Shown here piece after piece: positions 37,892-47,967 of a stretch of DNA of 64,000 bases. The first letter of the stretch is position 1. The number at the start of each line of letters is the position of its first letter. A program made the translations under genes and the position numbers. This stretch comes from Prevotella sp. (GTDB lineage Bacteria > Bacteroidota > Bacteroidia > Bacteroidales > Dysgonomonadaceae), in the NCBI GenBank assembly GCA_031285625.1, contig JAITVV010000036.1:22079-86078 (forward strand), given 5' to 3'. Under the pieces are notes generated by a model that saw only the letters and a list, made by a program, of their open reading frames with translations, did no database searches and had not been told where the DNA came from.

Positions 37892-39766
37892 ATGGAAACA
37901 ATATTGGTATTAATACTTTTGCTTAGTCCGTTTATCGGTTTTTCAATCAACTTGCTGGTTGGTAAAAAATTAACGGGGCGTACACTACCCGGAATTATAG
38001 CTACTACTGCGGTAATAATCAGTTTTGTAATCTCTCTTTACTTTTTCATCCGCATTCTTTCTACAGGAGAGGTTATTCATGTAAGCCTGTTCCAATGGAT
38101 TGCATTGGGCGAGTTTACTACTGACCTTGCTTTCACACTTGATCAATTATCATTGATCTGGCTACTGTTTGTAACAGGGATAGGTGCATTGATCCATATC
38201 TACTCGATGGGATATATGCATGACGATAAAGATATAGATCGTTATTTCTCTTACCTCAATCTGTTTATCTTCTTTATGGCAATATTGGTTGCCGGAAGCA
38301 ATCTTCTGGTTATGTTTATAGGATGGGAGGGTGTTGGACTATGTTCTTATTTGCTGATCGGATTCTGGTCGAGAGATCACAAAAATAACGATGCTGCCAA
38401 GAAAGCTTTTATTATGAATCGTATTGGTGACTTGGGCTTCCTTATCGGTATCTTCACATTAGGCTATTTATTCAAGACTGTTGATTATGCTTCTTTGAAA
38501 GATGTTGTTACCAGTCCTGATCCGTTGTTAGGAGTAGCTACTTTAGCATTGTTTATAGGTGCAACAGGTAAGAGTGCTCAGATACCTTTATATACATGGT
38601 TGCCTGATGCGATGGCAGGGCCAACTCCGGTTTCGGCACTGATACATGCTGCAACGATGGTTACCGCAGGTATATTTATGGTTACCCGTTTGAATTTTGT
38701 ATTCGATCTTACTCCGGATATTCAGACATTGATTGCTATAATAGGAGCTGTTACGGCTCTGTTTGCGGCTACAATTGCTCTGACCCAGACAGATATAAAG
38801 AAAGTTTTGGCATATTCTACTGTATCGCAACTAGGTTTGATGTTTCTTGCATTGGGCTTGGGAGCTTATCATGTAGCGGTATTCCATGTAATTACACATG
38901 CTTTCTTCAAGGCTTGTTTATTCCTTGGTTCGGGTTCGGTTATTCATGCTATGGGTGGCGAACAGGATATGCGCAAGATGGGTGGACTGAAAAGCAAGAT
39001 GCCAGTAACATTCTGGACATTTGTTATTTCAACGGCATCCATTGCAGGTATTCCTCCACTGGCAGGTTTCTTCTCTAAGGATGAAATTATGTTGACTGCC
39101 TTCGAGCATAGTAAAGTATTGTGGATTATAGCAGCTTTAGCATCTTTACTAACAGCATTTTATATGTTCCGTCTGTTATACCTTACATTTTTCAAGGAAT
39201 TCAGGGGAACAGAAGAGCAGAAGCATCATTTGCATGAGTCTCCAAAGAGCATGACATTGCCACTTGTTGTATTGGCTTTCCTTGCAGCTGTGGGTGGTCT
39301 TATCAGTATTCCATTTGGAAACCTTAGTTGGCTCAACGGTTATCTGGAACCAATAATTCAGGGCATTGCAGATCATCATCCTGCTACAGGGCAGATGATA
39401 ACAACGATGGTAATATCTACTGTGATTGCCATAATCGGTATCGTATTCGCTTATTACAAATATATCAAGAAATCGGAAGTACCTGCCGAGGATGATAAAG
39501 TTACAGGATTTACAAAAGTGCTTTACAGTAAATATTATGTTGATGAAATATACAATACATTATTTGTAAAATCACTTTATGCACTGGCTGCATTTTTTGA
39601 AAATGTAGTTGAAAAACTTTTAAAGAATATATTGAGAAGTTTTGGACTTTTGGTGGAAGCTTTATCTGTTCCTGCCAGAAGGATGCAGAACGGAAGTCTC
39701 GGCTTTTACTTATTCTTCTTTGTATTGGGATTCAGTGCACTAATCATCTGTTTATTTCTTGTATAA
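37892..39766 (+). CDS. nuoL: NADH-quinone oxidoreductase subunit L
   Basis: FIGWEGVG, GKSAQIPLYTWLPDAMAGPTPVSALIHAATMV, THAFFKA. Confidence 0.97.
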   Translation: METILVLILLLSPFIGFSINLLVGKKLTGRTLPGIIATTAVIISFVISLYFFIRILSTGEVIHVSLFQWIALGEFTTDLAFTLDQLSLIWLLFVTGIGALIHIYSMGYMHDDKDIDRYFSYLNLFIFFMAILVAGSNLLVMFIGWEGVGLCSYLLIGFWSRDHKNNDAAKKAFIMNRIGDLGFLIGIFTLGYLFKTVDYASLKDVVTSPDPLLGVATLALFIGATGKSAQIPLYTWLPDAMAGPTPVSALIHAATMVTAGIFMVTRLNFVFDLTPDIQTLIAIIGAVTALFAATIALTQTDIKKVLAYSTVSQLGLMFLALGLGAYHVAVFHVITHAFFKACLFLGSGSVIHAMGGEQDMRKMGGLKSKMPVTFWTFVISTASIAGIPPLAGFFSKDEIMLTAFEHSKVLWIIAALASLLTAFYMFRLLYLTFFKEFRGTEEQKHHLHESPKSMTLPLVVLAFLAAVGGLISIPFGNLSWLNGYLEPIIQGIADHHPATGQMITTMVISTVIAIIGIVFAYYKYIKKSEVPAEDDKVTGFTKVLYSKYYVDEIYNTLFVKSLYALAAFFENVVEKLLKNILRSFGLLVEALSVPARRMQNGSLGFYLFFFVLGFSALIICLFLV

Positions 39767-39782
39767 AAATTATTAAAGGAAC

Positions 39783-41216
39783 ATGAATATCGCTATTATA
39801 TTAATCATATTATTAGTAGGTGCAATTCTTACTTATTTTTCAGGAAATAGATTTGCTTCTAAAATTGCCATGCTATTTGGTGTAGCTGCTGCTATCTTCT
39901 CTGTTGCATTATGCCTGAAGTATGGTGCTGCCGGTGCAAGTTACAGTATCGATTGGATTAGTAATCCTAATATATCGTTCTCTTTGAAGGCAGACGGATT
40001 ATCAATGGCAATGATATTGCTGACAACTATCCTCTTACCTATAATCATACTGGGAACACAATCGCGCGAGTTTAAGAATGAGAAACTCTTATATAGCCTG
40101 GTCATGTTTATGACATTTGCTATGACAGGCGCATTCCTGAGTAGTGACGCACTTCTCTACTATGTATTCTGGGAAATGTCGCTTATCCCTATTTACTTTA
40201 TCATTGTACTATGGGGTAACGGCGAAATAGCTAAAAGACGTAAGGCTGCAATGACATTCTTCCTGTTTACATTTGCAGGGTCATTGTTTATGCTGGCTGC
40301 TATTATATATTTATACACAAAGACAGGAAGCTTCCAGCTCGAAGCATTCTATAATGCCGATCTGACTCAGACAGAGCAAATATGGATATTCCTGGCATTT
40401 TTTCTTGCTTATGCTATCAAGATTCCTATTTTCCCGTTCCATACATGGCAGGCGAATGTGTATCAGAAAGCTCCGGCAATCGGTACAATGCTGCTAGCTG
40501 GTATCATGTCCAAGATGGGAGCATATAGCGTTATTCGCTGGCAGTTGCCTGTAACACCATATGCATCGCAGGAATTGAGGACATTTGTTCTTATATTATG
40601 TTCGATTGGGGTAATTTATGGTGCTATTATGGCATTGCGCCAGAACGACCTGAAAAGGCTGTTGGCTTACGCTTCATTATCGCATGTCGGTTTTGTCGCG
40701 GCAGGAGCGTATGCTCTAACTTACGATGGATTGCAGGGTGCGGTTGTACTGATACTTGCTCACGGTTTTGGAATCGTGGCTATGTTCTATTCGGCAGATG
40801 TTATCCAGACACGTACAAAAACATTAACTATAAGTGAACTGGGAGGTATAAAGGAACATGCTCCTAAATTTTCGGTGGCATTCTTCCTGAGTATCCTTTC
40901 TTCAATCGGCATACCGTTGACATTTAACTTTATTGGGGAATTTACAATCATGTACGGATTGTATCAGGTAAGTCTCTGGTACGCACTTGCTGTGGGTACT
41001 TCATTATTCCTCGGGGCATTTTTTATGCTCAGAATGTATCAGCATGTAATGTTAGGAGAACCATCTAAAAAATCATTCCGAGACTTATCAAAAACAGAAG
41101 TTACTGTTTTTGCACTGATAGTAGGGGTATTGATATTCTTCGGAGTTTATGTAAAGCCTGTGACAGACCTGGTATCTACCAGCCTGACAGAAATAGTAAT
41201 GTATATTAACAGATAA
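39783..41216 (+). CDS. nuoM: NADH-quinone oxidoreductase subunit M
   Basis: FWEMSLIP, AIKIPIFPFHTW, DLKRLLAYAS, FIGEF. Confidence 0.96.
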   Translation: MNIAIILIILLVGAILTYFSGNRFASKIAMLFGVAAAIFSVALCLKYGAAGASYSIDWISNPNISFSLKADGLSMAMILLTTILLPIIILGTQSREFKNEKLLYSLVMFMTFAMTGAFLSSDALLYYVFWEMSLIPIYFIIVLWGNGEIAKRRKAAMTFFLFTFAGSLFMLAAIIYLYTKTGSFQLEAFYNADLTQTEQIWIFLAFFLAYAIKIPIFPFHTWQANVYQKAPAIGTMLLAGIMSKMGAYSVIRWQLPVTPYASQELRTFVLILCSIGVIYGAIMALRQNDLKRLLAYASLSHVGFVAAGAYALTYDGLQGAVVLILAHGFGIVAMFYSADVIQTRTKTLTISELGGIKEHAPKFSVAFFLSILSSIGIPLTFNFIGEFTIMYGLYQVSLWYALAVGTSLFLGAFFMLRMYQHVMLGEPSKKSFRDLSKTEVTVFALIVGVLIFFGVYVKPVTDLVSTSLTEIVMYINR

Positions 41217-41236
41217 CAACTAGTCAAAAATATATA

Positions 41237-42628
41237 ATGAGTACATTGATAGCCATCTCAGCATTAGGTATAATTTGCCTTCTATTAGAGATATTCAATT
41301 TAAGAAAAATCCTTATACCGGTTACGCTTATCGGACTGATAGCCGTGTTGGGATTGACTGTTACGGAGTTTTACTTAGGACAATCTTTCCTTGGCACCGA
41401 TAAATACAATATGGTGGTATCAACAGGATTTTCGCAAGGATTCTCAATTTTGTTTATTATTCTTGCCATCCTCATTATTGCGATGAGCCCTAAGTTTTAT
41501 CAGGAGAATTTTGTTAAGATTGCAGACTATGTTGCTCTTAAAGTATTCTTACTGGCGGGTGCTGTTGCCATGGTATCATTCGGAAACTTTGCAATGTTCT
41601 TTATAGGATTGGAAGTATTGTCCATTGCGGGTTATGTTCTTGCAGCCAGTGAACCTAAAAAACTGAAAAGCAACGAAGCCGGAATGAAGTATTTTATTAT
41701 GGGTGCTTTCGCATCAAGTTTTATTTTGTTTGGTATAGCTTTGATATATGGTGCAATTGGTTCGTTCGATAGTGCAACAATTGCTATCGCTTCGGCTGCT
41801 CAGGCAAGTTCTTTACCCATCTGGTTCAGTCTTGGTTTTGTTATGATCACAGTGGGTATGATGTTTAAGGCATCTATAGTGCCGTTCCATTTCTGGGCAC
41901 CCGATGTATACGAAGGTTCGCCAACTCTTGTTACTGCACTGATGAGTACATTAGTGAAAGTCGCAGCAATAGGAGCATTGTATAAAGTAGTGACAATACT
42001 GGCTGTAGCGGTGACGCCTACATATCAGGTTGTGTTAATCGTATTGTCTATTTTGACAATGACTGTAGGTAATATAACCGCTCTGAAACAAAAGAATATC
42101 AAACGTATGATGGCCTATTCGGGTATATCCCATGCAGGTTTTATGATGATGACATTACTTGCATTAGGATCGTCGGCAAATACAGTATTGTATTATGCCG
42201 CTGCATACAGTTTGGCCGGGGTAGCTGCTTTTGCAATTATTATGGGAGTTTGCAGGGGAAAAGATAATGAAGATATAAACAATTTCTTTGGGCTTGTAAA
42301 ACGTCAGCCTGTTCTTACGGCTATGCTTACTTGTGCATTCCTTTCGTTGAGTGGTATTCCTGTTTTTGCAGGGTTCTTTGCCAAATTCTTTGTATTCGAT
42401 CAGATGTTACAGGCAGGACACTTGGTATTAGTTATATTTGGTATATTAAACTCGGTTGTAGCAGTATTCTACTATTTAGGAGTAGCAAATGTTATGATCA
42501 CTAAAGAGCCTGAAACTACAGAACGCTTGCATGTACCTTTCGAATATAAAGCGGTAGCCTTTATTGCAATAGTATTGAACTTATTATTAGGAATCTTCCC
42601 TTCAGTAATAATGGGATTGAAATTGTAA
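41237..42628 (+). CDS. nuoN: NADH-quinone oxidoreductase subunit N
   Basis: EAGMKYF, FKASIVPFHFWAPDVYEGSP, KRMMAYSGISH. Confidence 0.96.
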   Translation: MSTLIAISALGIICLLLEIFNLRKILIPVTLIGLIAVLGLTVTEFYLGQSFLGTDKYNMVVSTGFSQGFSILFIILAILIIAMSPKFYQENFVKIADYVALKVFLLAGAVAMVSFGNFAMFFIGLEVLSIAGYVLAASEPKKLKSNEAGMKYFIMGAFASSFILFGIALIYGAIGSFDSATIAIASAAQASSLPIWFSLGFVMITVGMMFKASIVPFHFWAPDVYEGSPTLVTALMSTLVKVAAIGALYKVVTILAVAVTPTYQVVLIVLSILTMTVGNITALKQKNIKRMMAYSGISHAGFMMMTLLALGSSANTVLYYAAAYSLAGVAAFAIIMGVCRGKDNEDINNFFGLVKRQPVLTAMLTCAFLSLSGIPVFAGFFAKFFVFDQMLQAGHLVLVIFGILNSVVAVFYYLGVANVMITKEPETTERLHVPFEYKAVAFIAIVLNLLLGIFPSVIMGLKL

Positions 42629-42649
42629 ATAACAAAAGATATATATATA

Positions 42650-42689
42650 CAAAACAGGAGTAACCTTAAGTTACTCCTGTTTTGTTTTT
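42650..42689. terminator. Bidirectional terminator after nuoN
   Basis: CAAAACAGGAGTAAC / GTTACTCCTGTTTTG stem between convergent genes. Confidence 0.85.
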
Positions 42690-42701
42690 AGGTATATATA
42701 A

Positions 42702-43496
42702 TTAATAACTGATAATACTTCTCAGATTATCTGTAAGCAAATCATCTTTACCATTCTTTTTCAATTCATTTATCAATGGGCGTGAACGTTTGTCACTATA
42801 ATCAAGATTATGTATTTCGTATTTCTTGAGATTTTTCATTTGCATCAGGATATTTGCAAAGGCTTTTCCTGATACTTTGTCGCTACTTACACAAACATGA
42901 AGGTATTCGATAGAAGAATCTATTAGCGATTCTATATCATTAGTTTTATGCAACCCGTACATAAATAGTAACTTTAATTGGGGTAATTGTGAGAAGTCAG
43001 GTAAAGCTGGTAGTGAAAATTCACTCAGTATAAGATATTCTAGATTCGGGGCTTTATGTATAAAATTCAGATCTTCAACTTTTCTTAATTCGGAGAGATT
43101 AAGCGACTTGGTGCTGCCCGATAATAATTCACTAAAATTTTCGTTTGCCAGGCAACTTCTGACAGATAGTTTTTCGATAGGTATACCTTCAGGATGTGAA
43201 AACTCTACATTTTTAAAATCTGCAATAGTAAGCTCTTTCAACTTTTTTAAATTTGAAATAGAAGTCGCTTCTGTGAATTTTTGCAGTAGCCAAAGCTTTT
43301 CAACGTTCGGGAACTTTTTGAGTAAATGCATATCCGTTTTTACATGTGCATATAGAGAAAGATCATTGATATATTCAAATATAGGATATTCCTCAAAGCC
43401 CTGTTTCTTGTCAATAGCTAGTTCCAGTTTGGTAATCGTATTACGTTCCGATAAAGCTTTGATAGCATCGAGTGTATAAGTGCTTGTCTTTTTCAT
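42702..43496 (-). CDS. Leucine-rich-repeat-like hypothetical protein
   Basis: Repeated LxxLxL units (PNVEKLWL, KKLKELTI, PNLEYLIL, PQLKLLFM). Confidence 0.65.
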   Translation of the reverse strand: MKKTSTYTLDAIKALSERNTITKLELAIDKKQGFEEYPIFEYINDLSLYAHVKTDMHLLKKFPNVEKLWLLQKFTEATSISNLKKLKELTIADFKNVEFSHPEGIPIEKLSVRSCLANENFSELLSGSTKSLNLSELRKVEDLNFIHKAPNLEYLILSEFSLPALPDFSQLPQLKLLFMYGLHKTNDIESLIDSSIEYLHVCVSSDKVSGKAFANILMQMKNLKKYEIHNLDYSDKRSRPLINELKKNGKDDLLTDNLRSIISY

Positions 43497-43531
43497 ATGT
43501 ATTTTCTGTTGTTATTTAACTGTCAGGTAAA

Positions 43532-44599
43532 CTATTCATTTCCTCTGGCTATAAATCTCACAATGCAATAAGCAATATAAATAAATACAAGATACATCAC
43601 CCATCCGGCATGGTGCAGGTAAATGATGGCGAATGTAGCCAACAGTATACACGCTGTAAGCGATAATCCCTGCCATAAACGGGTAAGTATATCTGGTTTT
43701 TTACCCCAGACCTTCGGACGGAATACCCAGTTGACAGGTATTACAAAAGCATTGAGCAGTAGTATGGAGTATGACATATATTCATACTTTACATCATTGA
43801 TAATGCAAACAATGGCCACAATTCCAATCATTGCCCCATAATACAGTTTTCCGTAATTGGTAGAGGCGCTGGTCGGCATATCCGTAGCCATAAAAATGGT
43901 TCCAAGGAGTAACCCTCCCAAAGAGAACTGTACTTTATAGTCTGTAAGATTAGAGAATATCAACAATAATATGGTGAATGCAACTAATAGGGCAAAAGGT
44001 ATATGCCATGATATTCTGCGCCTGATTATAAGGAATAAACCGCCAAGGATTAAAAAGAAAATAGAATATTCTCCTATTGCTCCGGATGCTTTATAGAATA
44101 ACTGGTTGATAAAGGTATCATTGAATATATTTATTTCACTGATATTAACAGCAGTCTTATCGTACCAAATGGTACGCGAAGCCATTACAGCCGGAAAGAA
44201 AACTGTCATAAACTCGCGCCCAACCAGAGCCGGGTTGAACATATTGCGTCCCAATCCACCCCATAAAAGCTTACCGAACAATACCGCCATACTTCCACCA
44301 AATGCAACCACGTAAAGAGGGGTAAATGGGGCGATAGTGAAAGCGAGCAGAATTCCCGAAATAATAGCCGAACCATCGGAAACAGATTCTGTGTTTCTTG
44401 AAAAGATTACAGAAAAGATAAATTCTGTGACCAATGCACTACCTACCGCTACCAGGATAACCATAACCGGAATAAAGCCGAATGCCAGATATGACATAAC
44501 AATGCAAGGTAGCAGAGCTAATATAACATCAGCCATTACCTGACTGGTACTATTATTCTTTCTTATAAAGGGAGCGAATATCGTTTTATCGGATTGCAT
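43532..44599 (-). CDS. RnfD/NqrB-family membrane subunit, divergent
   Basis: DGSAIISGILLA, KLLWGGLGRNMFNPALVGR, GAIGEYS, FMATDMPTS; no SGAT flavinylation loop. Confidence 0.85.
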   Translation of the reverse strand: MQSDKTIFAPFIRKNNSTSQVMADVILALLPCIVMSYLAFGFIPVMVILVAVGSALVTEFIFSVIFSRNTESVSDGSAIISGILLAFTIAPFTPLYVVAFGGSMAVLFGKLLWGGLGRNMFNPALVGREFMTVFFPAVMASRTIWYDKTAVNISEINIFNDTFINQLFYKASGAIGEYSIFFLILGGLFLIIRRRISWHIPFALLVAFTILLLIFSNLTDYKVQFSLGGLLLGTIFMATDMPTSASTNYGKLYYGAMIGIVAIVCIINDVKYEYMSYSILLLNAFVIPVNWVFRPKVWGKKPDILTRLWQGLSLTACILLATFAIIYLHHAGWVMYLVFIYIAYCIVRFIARGNE

Positions 44600-45872
44600 T
44601 GGCCAGTTCTTTTAATTTTAGTTTCCCTTCTTTTATGCTCTCGATGAGGGGAACATTACTCGGACATATATATTCACAGGCTGCACATTCGATGCAACTG
44701 CTGATACTATATTTTTACAGATTGAAATATTTACCTTTCCTGTAGTTTTCTTCAAATTTCATTGGCATCAGGTGCATAGGACATACATCTACACAGTATC
44801 CGCATGATATACAGTTACTACGTTTTATAGTTTCTTTTTTCAGGAATAGTACTCCGGCAGAACCCTTTGTGATTGGTACAGAAGGATCGTTAATCGCTTT
44901 TCCCATCATAGGGCCTCCCAGTACAACTCTGATATTATTGGAGTCCAGTCCGAGAGTTTTGGTAATATGTTCAATCGGTGTACCTATCTTTACTTCATAG
45001 TTTCCATAATGTGTAGCTTCCTCACCTGATATGGTAATGATACGACTTATCAGCGGTCTTCTGTTTTTGACAGCTTCGTAGATAGCATGTATTGTACCTA
45101 TATTGCTGACGATTATCCCGGCTTCGCGGGGACGCTGAAATCTTTGTAATTCGATACCTGTCACAGATTTGATTAATTGCAATTCTCCCCCTTGTGGGTA
45201 TTGATTAGGAAGAATAGCTATCCGTACGCTGCTGTATTCCAGTTGACTAAGGTAGGGTGCAAAGGCTTTCTGTAATTCTTTATTCTGTTCCTCTATGGAG
45301 ATAATAATATTTTCAGCATTCAGAATCCGGTTCACAAAGCCTATACCTTCAACGAGTTCCTGAGTGCGTTCGGCCATTAGTGCATAGTCAGAAGTTAAAT
45401 AGGGTTCACACTCTGTTCCATTCACAATGAATGTATCAATTTTATGTCCGTCGAGAGTATATTTTACTGCAGTTGGGAACTGAGCACCACCTTCGCCGAC
45501 GATACCGTCCATACGTATGATATTCAAGAGTTGTTCCGGGCTTAATGTATCTGTATTGAAATAAGGCCGTTTCTCTGTTGTTTCCTGAAAGTCATTCTGG
45601 ATAACAATACATGGGGTTGATGTCCCATCTGGAAACTCAACTTCCTTAATTTCCAGTACCTTCCCCGAAACTGGGGAGTGTACATTGGATGAAAGACCTT
45701 TCTCAGAAACTGCAATTTGCTGGTATTTGCAGACGGTATCCCCCGGTTTTACAGTCGGAGCAGGTATTTCACCCAAATATTGTGATATGGGAACGTAAAG
45801 AAAAGGGGCGTCTTCAATTGATTGAATGCTTTTCTTTTTAGTTTTTTCCTTCATGGAAAATATATGCATCAT
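44586..45872 (-). pseudogene. RnfC/RsxC-family Fe-S flavoprotein interrupted by an in-frame TAA at 44715-44717
   Basis: VHSPVSG, GIVGEGGAQFPT, NGTECEPYLTSD, YPQGGE, GGPMMG, CISCGYCVDVCP; after the TAA the same frame continues KYSISSCIECAACEYICPSNVPL to a stop at 44586. Confidence 0.8.
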
Positions 45873-45876
45873 AGGC

Positions 45877-46791
45877 TTATTGTTTGATTTTGAAATCCTT
45901 TGTATATGTAATCCTATTTTCGCTATCTATTAAAAATCCTTTTATATTATAATCTTGTGACAACAATTCGACCTTTTCCAAAAATCTTTCAAGAGATTCA
46001 TTAAATAATGCAGTAGATATAATATCACCTGTCATGCAATTATCACTAATTATCCCTACCTGCTTATTTATGGATGGAAATCCTGTAATAGGGTTTAATA
46101 TATGACCGTATTCTTTCCCTTCTATATTTACATACGTTTTGGCTTGCGAAGAAGTGGAATAGGCTTGATTGGCAATATCCAATTTAAATAACAATTCCTC
46201 ATTCCGGGGATGCCTTACCATGACCTGCCACGAAGGGTGTGATTCATTGTTAATTGCTCTGATTGTACTTCCTCCTGCATTGATTATTGCATCTGTTATC
46301 CCTAATTCATTCAACTTATCTACCAGCTTGTCTACAGCATATGCTTTTATAAATGAGCCTGTAATAATTTCCTGTCCTTTTCCTATTTTTACCTGATTTC
46401 CTTTTATCTCAATATTCTTATAGTTGACCAGCTTTCTGGTTTCTTCTATATCCTTATTTGATGGTATTTGTTTTTGCTCATCTTTATAAAAACCCCATAA
46501 CCTGATAAGTGGCATAATGGTGATATCATAAGTTCCATCAAAAAAATCTGACAATCTGATTACTTCATTCAATAGATGGATAGTTTGATCATCAACCTTT
46601 ACAAAGCCTCCGCTTCCTTGATTAATAAGATCGATATAAGATCCGGACTTATATGAGTTGTATTTTTTATCAATGTCTTCGAGCACCGCAAACAGTTCAT
46701 CAAATATATCATCTTCATAGAAGGCTGATAATTTGATCTTTATATGCGCATGAAATAAAAATCTTGTTTGGGCCTTGTATATTAAGTCCAT
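45877..46791 (-). CDS. ApbE-family FAD:protein FMN transferase, no signal peptide
   Basis: GTYDITIMPLIRLWGF, KAYAVD, IINAGG, STSS, GHILNPITG, DIISTALF. Confidence 0.85.
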   Translation of the reverse strand: MDLIYKAQTRFLFHAHIKIKLSAFYEDDIFDELFAVLEDIDKKYNSYKSGSYIDLINQGSGGFVKVDDQTIHLLNEVIRLSDFFDGTYDITIMPLIRLWGFYKDEQKQIPSNKDIEETRKLVNYKNIEIKGNQVKIGKGQEIITGSFIKAYAVDKLVDKLNELGITDAIINAGGSTIRAINNESHPSWQVMVRHPRNEELLFKLDIANQAYSTSSQAKTYVNIEGKEYGHILNPITGFPSINKQVGIISDNCMTGDIISTALFNESLERFLEKVELLSQDYNIKGFLIDSENRITYTKDFKIKQ

Positions 46792-46802
46792 GACAACTAT
46801 TT

Positions 46803-47222
46803 TTATTCGGTTCCTGAAGATTCTTCCGGTGTTGCTTTTTCTATCACGGTTTGTTTTTCTTCTACTTTTACCGGTTCCTCCGCAGGTTTACTTTCTGCTT
46901 TCTTTTCCACTACAGGCACAGGCGTTTTAGATGTCTCTGCCGGAGTTTTTGGTTTAGGCTGAGGTGCAGCCTTTTTGTTATTGGTAGATTTGGGTGGTAC
47001 AACCTCTTTAGGCTCCACTTTTGAAGAATCTGCTTCTGTCGGATTCTCATTTATGGAAGGCGCGTTTACCGGTTGCTGTTCTATTTCTTTATTGTTGTTT
47101 TCTTTTTCTTCTTTGGCTTTTTCTTCAATGTTGGCTGCATTCACCTTATAGCCCCAAATAATTAACAAAATTCCAAATAAAAAAAGACCAACTTTCTTTA
47201 ATACCTGAATAATATTATTCAT
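46803..47222 (-). CDS. Membrane-anchored low-complexity Pro/Glu/Lys-rich protein
   Basis: N-terminal TM followed by a disordered tail; start MNNIIQ at 47222; TACATTTG promoter element on the minus strand at 47247-54. Confidence 0.7.
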   Translation of the reverse strand: MNNIIQVLKKVGLFLFGILLIIWGYKVNAANIEEKAKEEKENNNKEIEQQPVNAPSINENPTEADSSKVEPKEVVPPKSTNNKKAAPQPKPKTPAETSKTPVPVVEKKAESKPAEEPVKVEEKQTVIEKATPEESSGTE

Positions 47223-47361
47223 ATCTTTAATAGATTGTAACGAATACAAATGTAAAATATAAGTCTGATCTAATAAAAAAGATTAACTATTTATAGCATT
47301 TATCAGATTAGTCCTGATAAATAGAAAAAAATTGTACTTTTGTGACGCAAAAATTACGACT

Positions 47362-47883
47362 ATGAGGAAAATTTTAATTTTAACAATTTTGTGTATTTGT
47401 GGTTTGACAGAGGCTTTTGCTATTTCACAGCCTAAGGATAACCCGAATAAATTGGTATTATCCGGCTTTTTATTGAAAGATACAAAAATCGGACACGTAA
47501 CTTCGGATATAAGCAATTTTATATTTCGAAGAAAAAACGGATATTTATGGCCTGTAACTAAAGTCCTTTTTTCGAAAGATAAAGAAGCTTTAACTTTGGA
47601 TATAACAGCAATAGACAATGAATGGAACAAGCTTCAGGAACCCGGCGAAAAAACATATGGTTATTTCATTATGAGTAATCGTATTTTTATTATTTCATCA
47701 AAAGAAAATGAGCAAATAGATTTTACTGAATATTTTGAACCCGTAGAAGATAGCGAACGTACTTTCGCTAGTTCTGAGTCAAAAAAAGTTATTAAAAACC
47801 CTAAGTGGATATATGTGATTGATGCAGAATGCACTTTCCCTAAGCAGCTAAAATCTACTAATATAGAAGTTCTGGGCCGATGA
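47362..47883 (+). CDS. Hypothetical secreted protein
   Basis: Signal peptide MRKILIL...AFA; start at 47362 preferred because TACTTTTG lies just upstream. Confidence 0.7.
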   Translation: MRKILILTILCICGLTEAFAISQPKDNPNKLVLSGFLLKDTKIGHVTSDISNFIFRRKNGYLWPVTKVLFSKDKEALTLDITAIDNEWNKLQEPGEKTYGYFIMSNRIFIISSKENEQIDFTEYFEPVEDSERTFASSESKKVIKNPKWIYVIDAECTFPKQLKSTNIEVLGR

Positions 47884-47905
47884 TACTGTGCCTCTAAACC
47901 ATACT

Positions 47906-47947
47906 TATTCTTCTTCTGTTTAACGAAATGGAAGAAGAATACTTTTT
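47906..47947 (+). terminator. Stem-loop / probable terminator
   Basis: TATTCTTCTTCTGTTT / AAATGGAAGAAGAATA stem followed by CTTTTT. Confidence 0.6.
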
Positions 47948-47967
47948 AACCCAAAATCTTAACCTTT

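Noticed and set aside
44715-44717. Selenocysteine/pyrrolysine or genetic-code reassignment at the rnfC stop
   Set aside because: The codon is TAA, not TGA or TAG, and TAA terminates most other genes in the window
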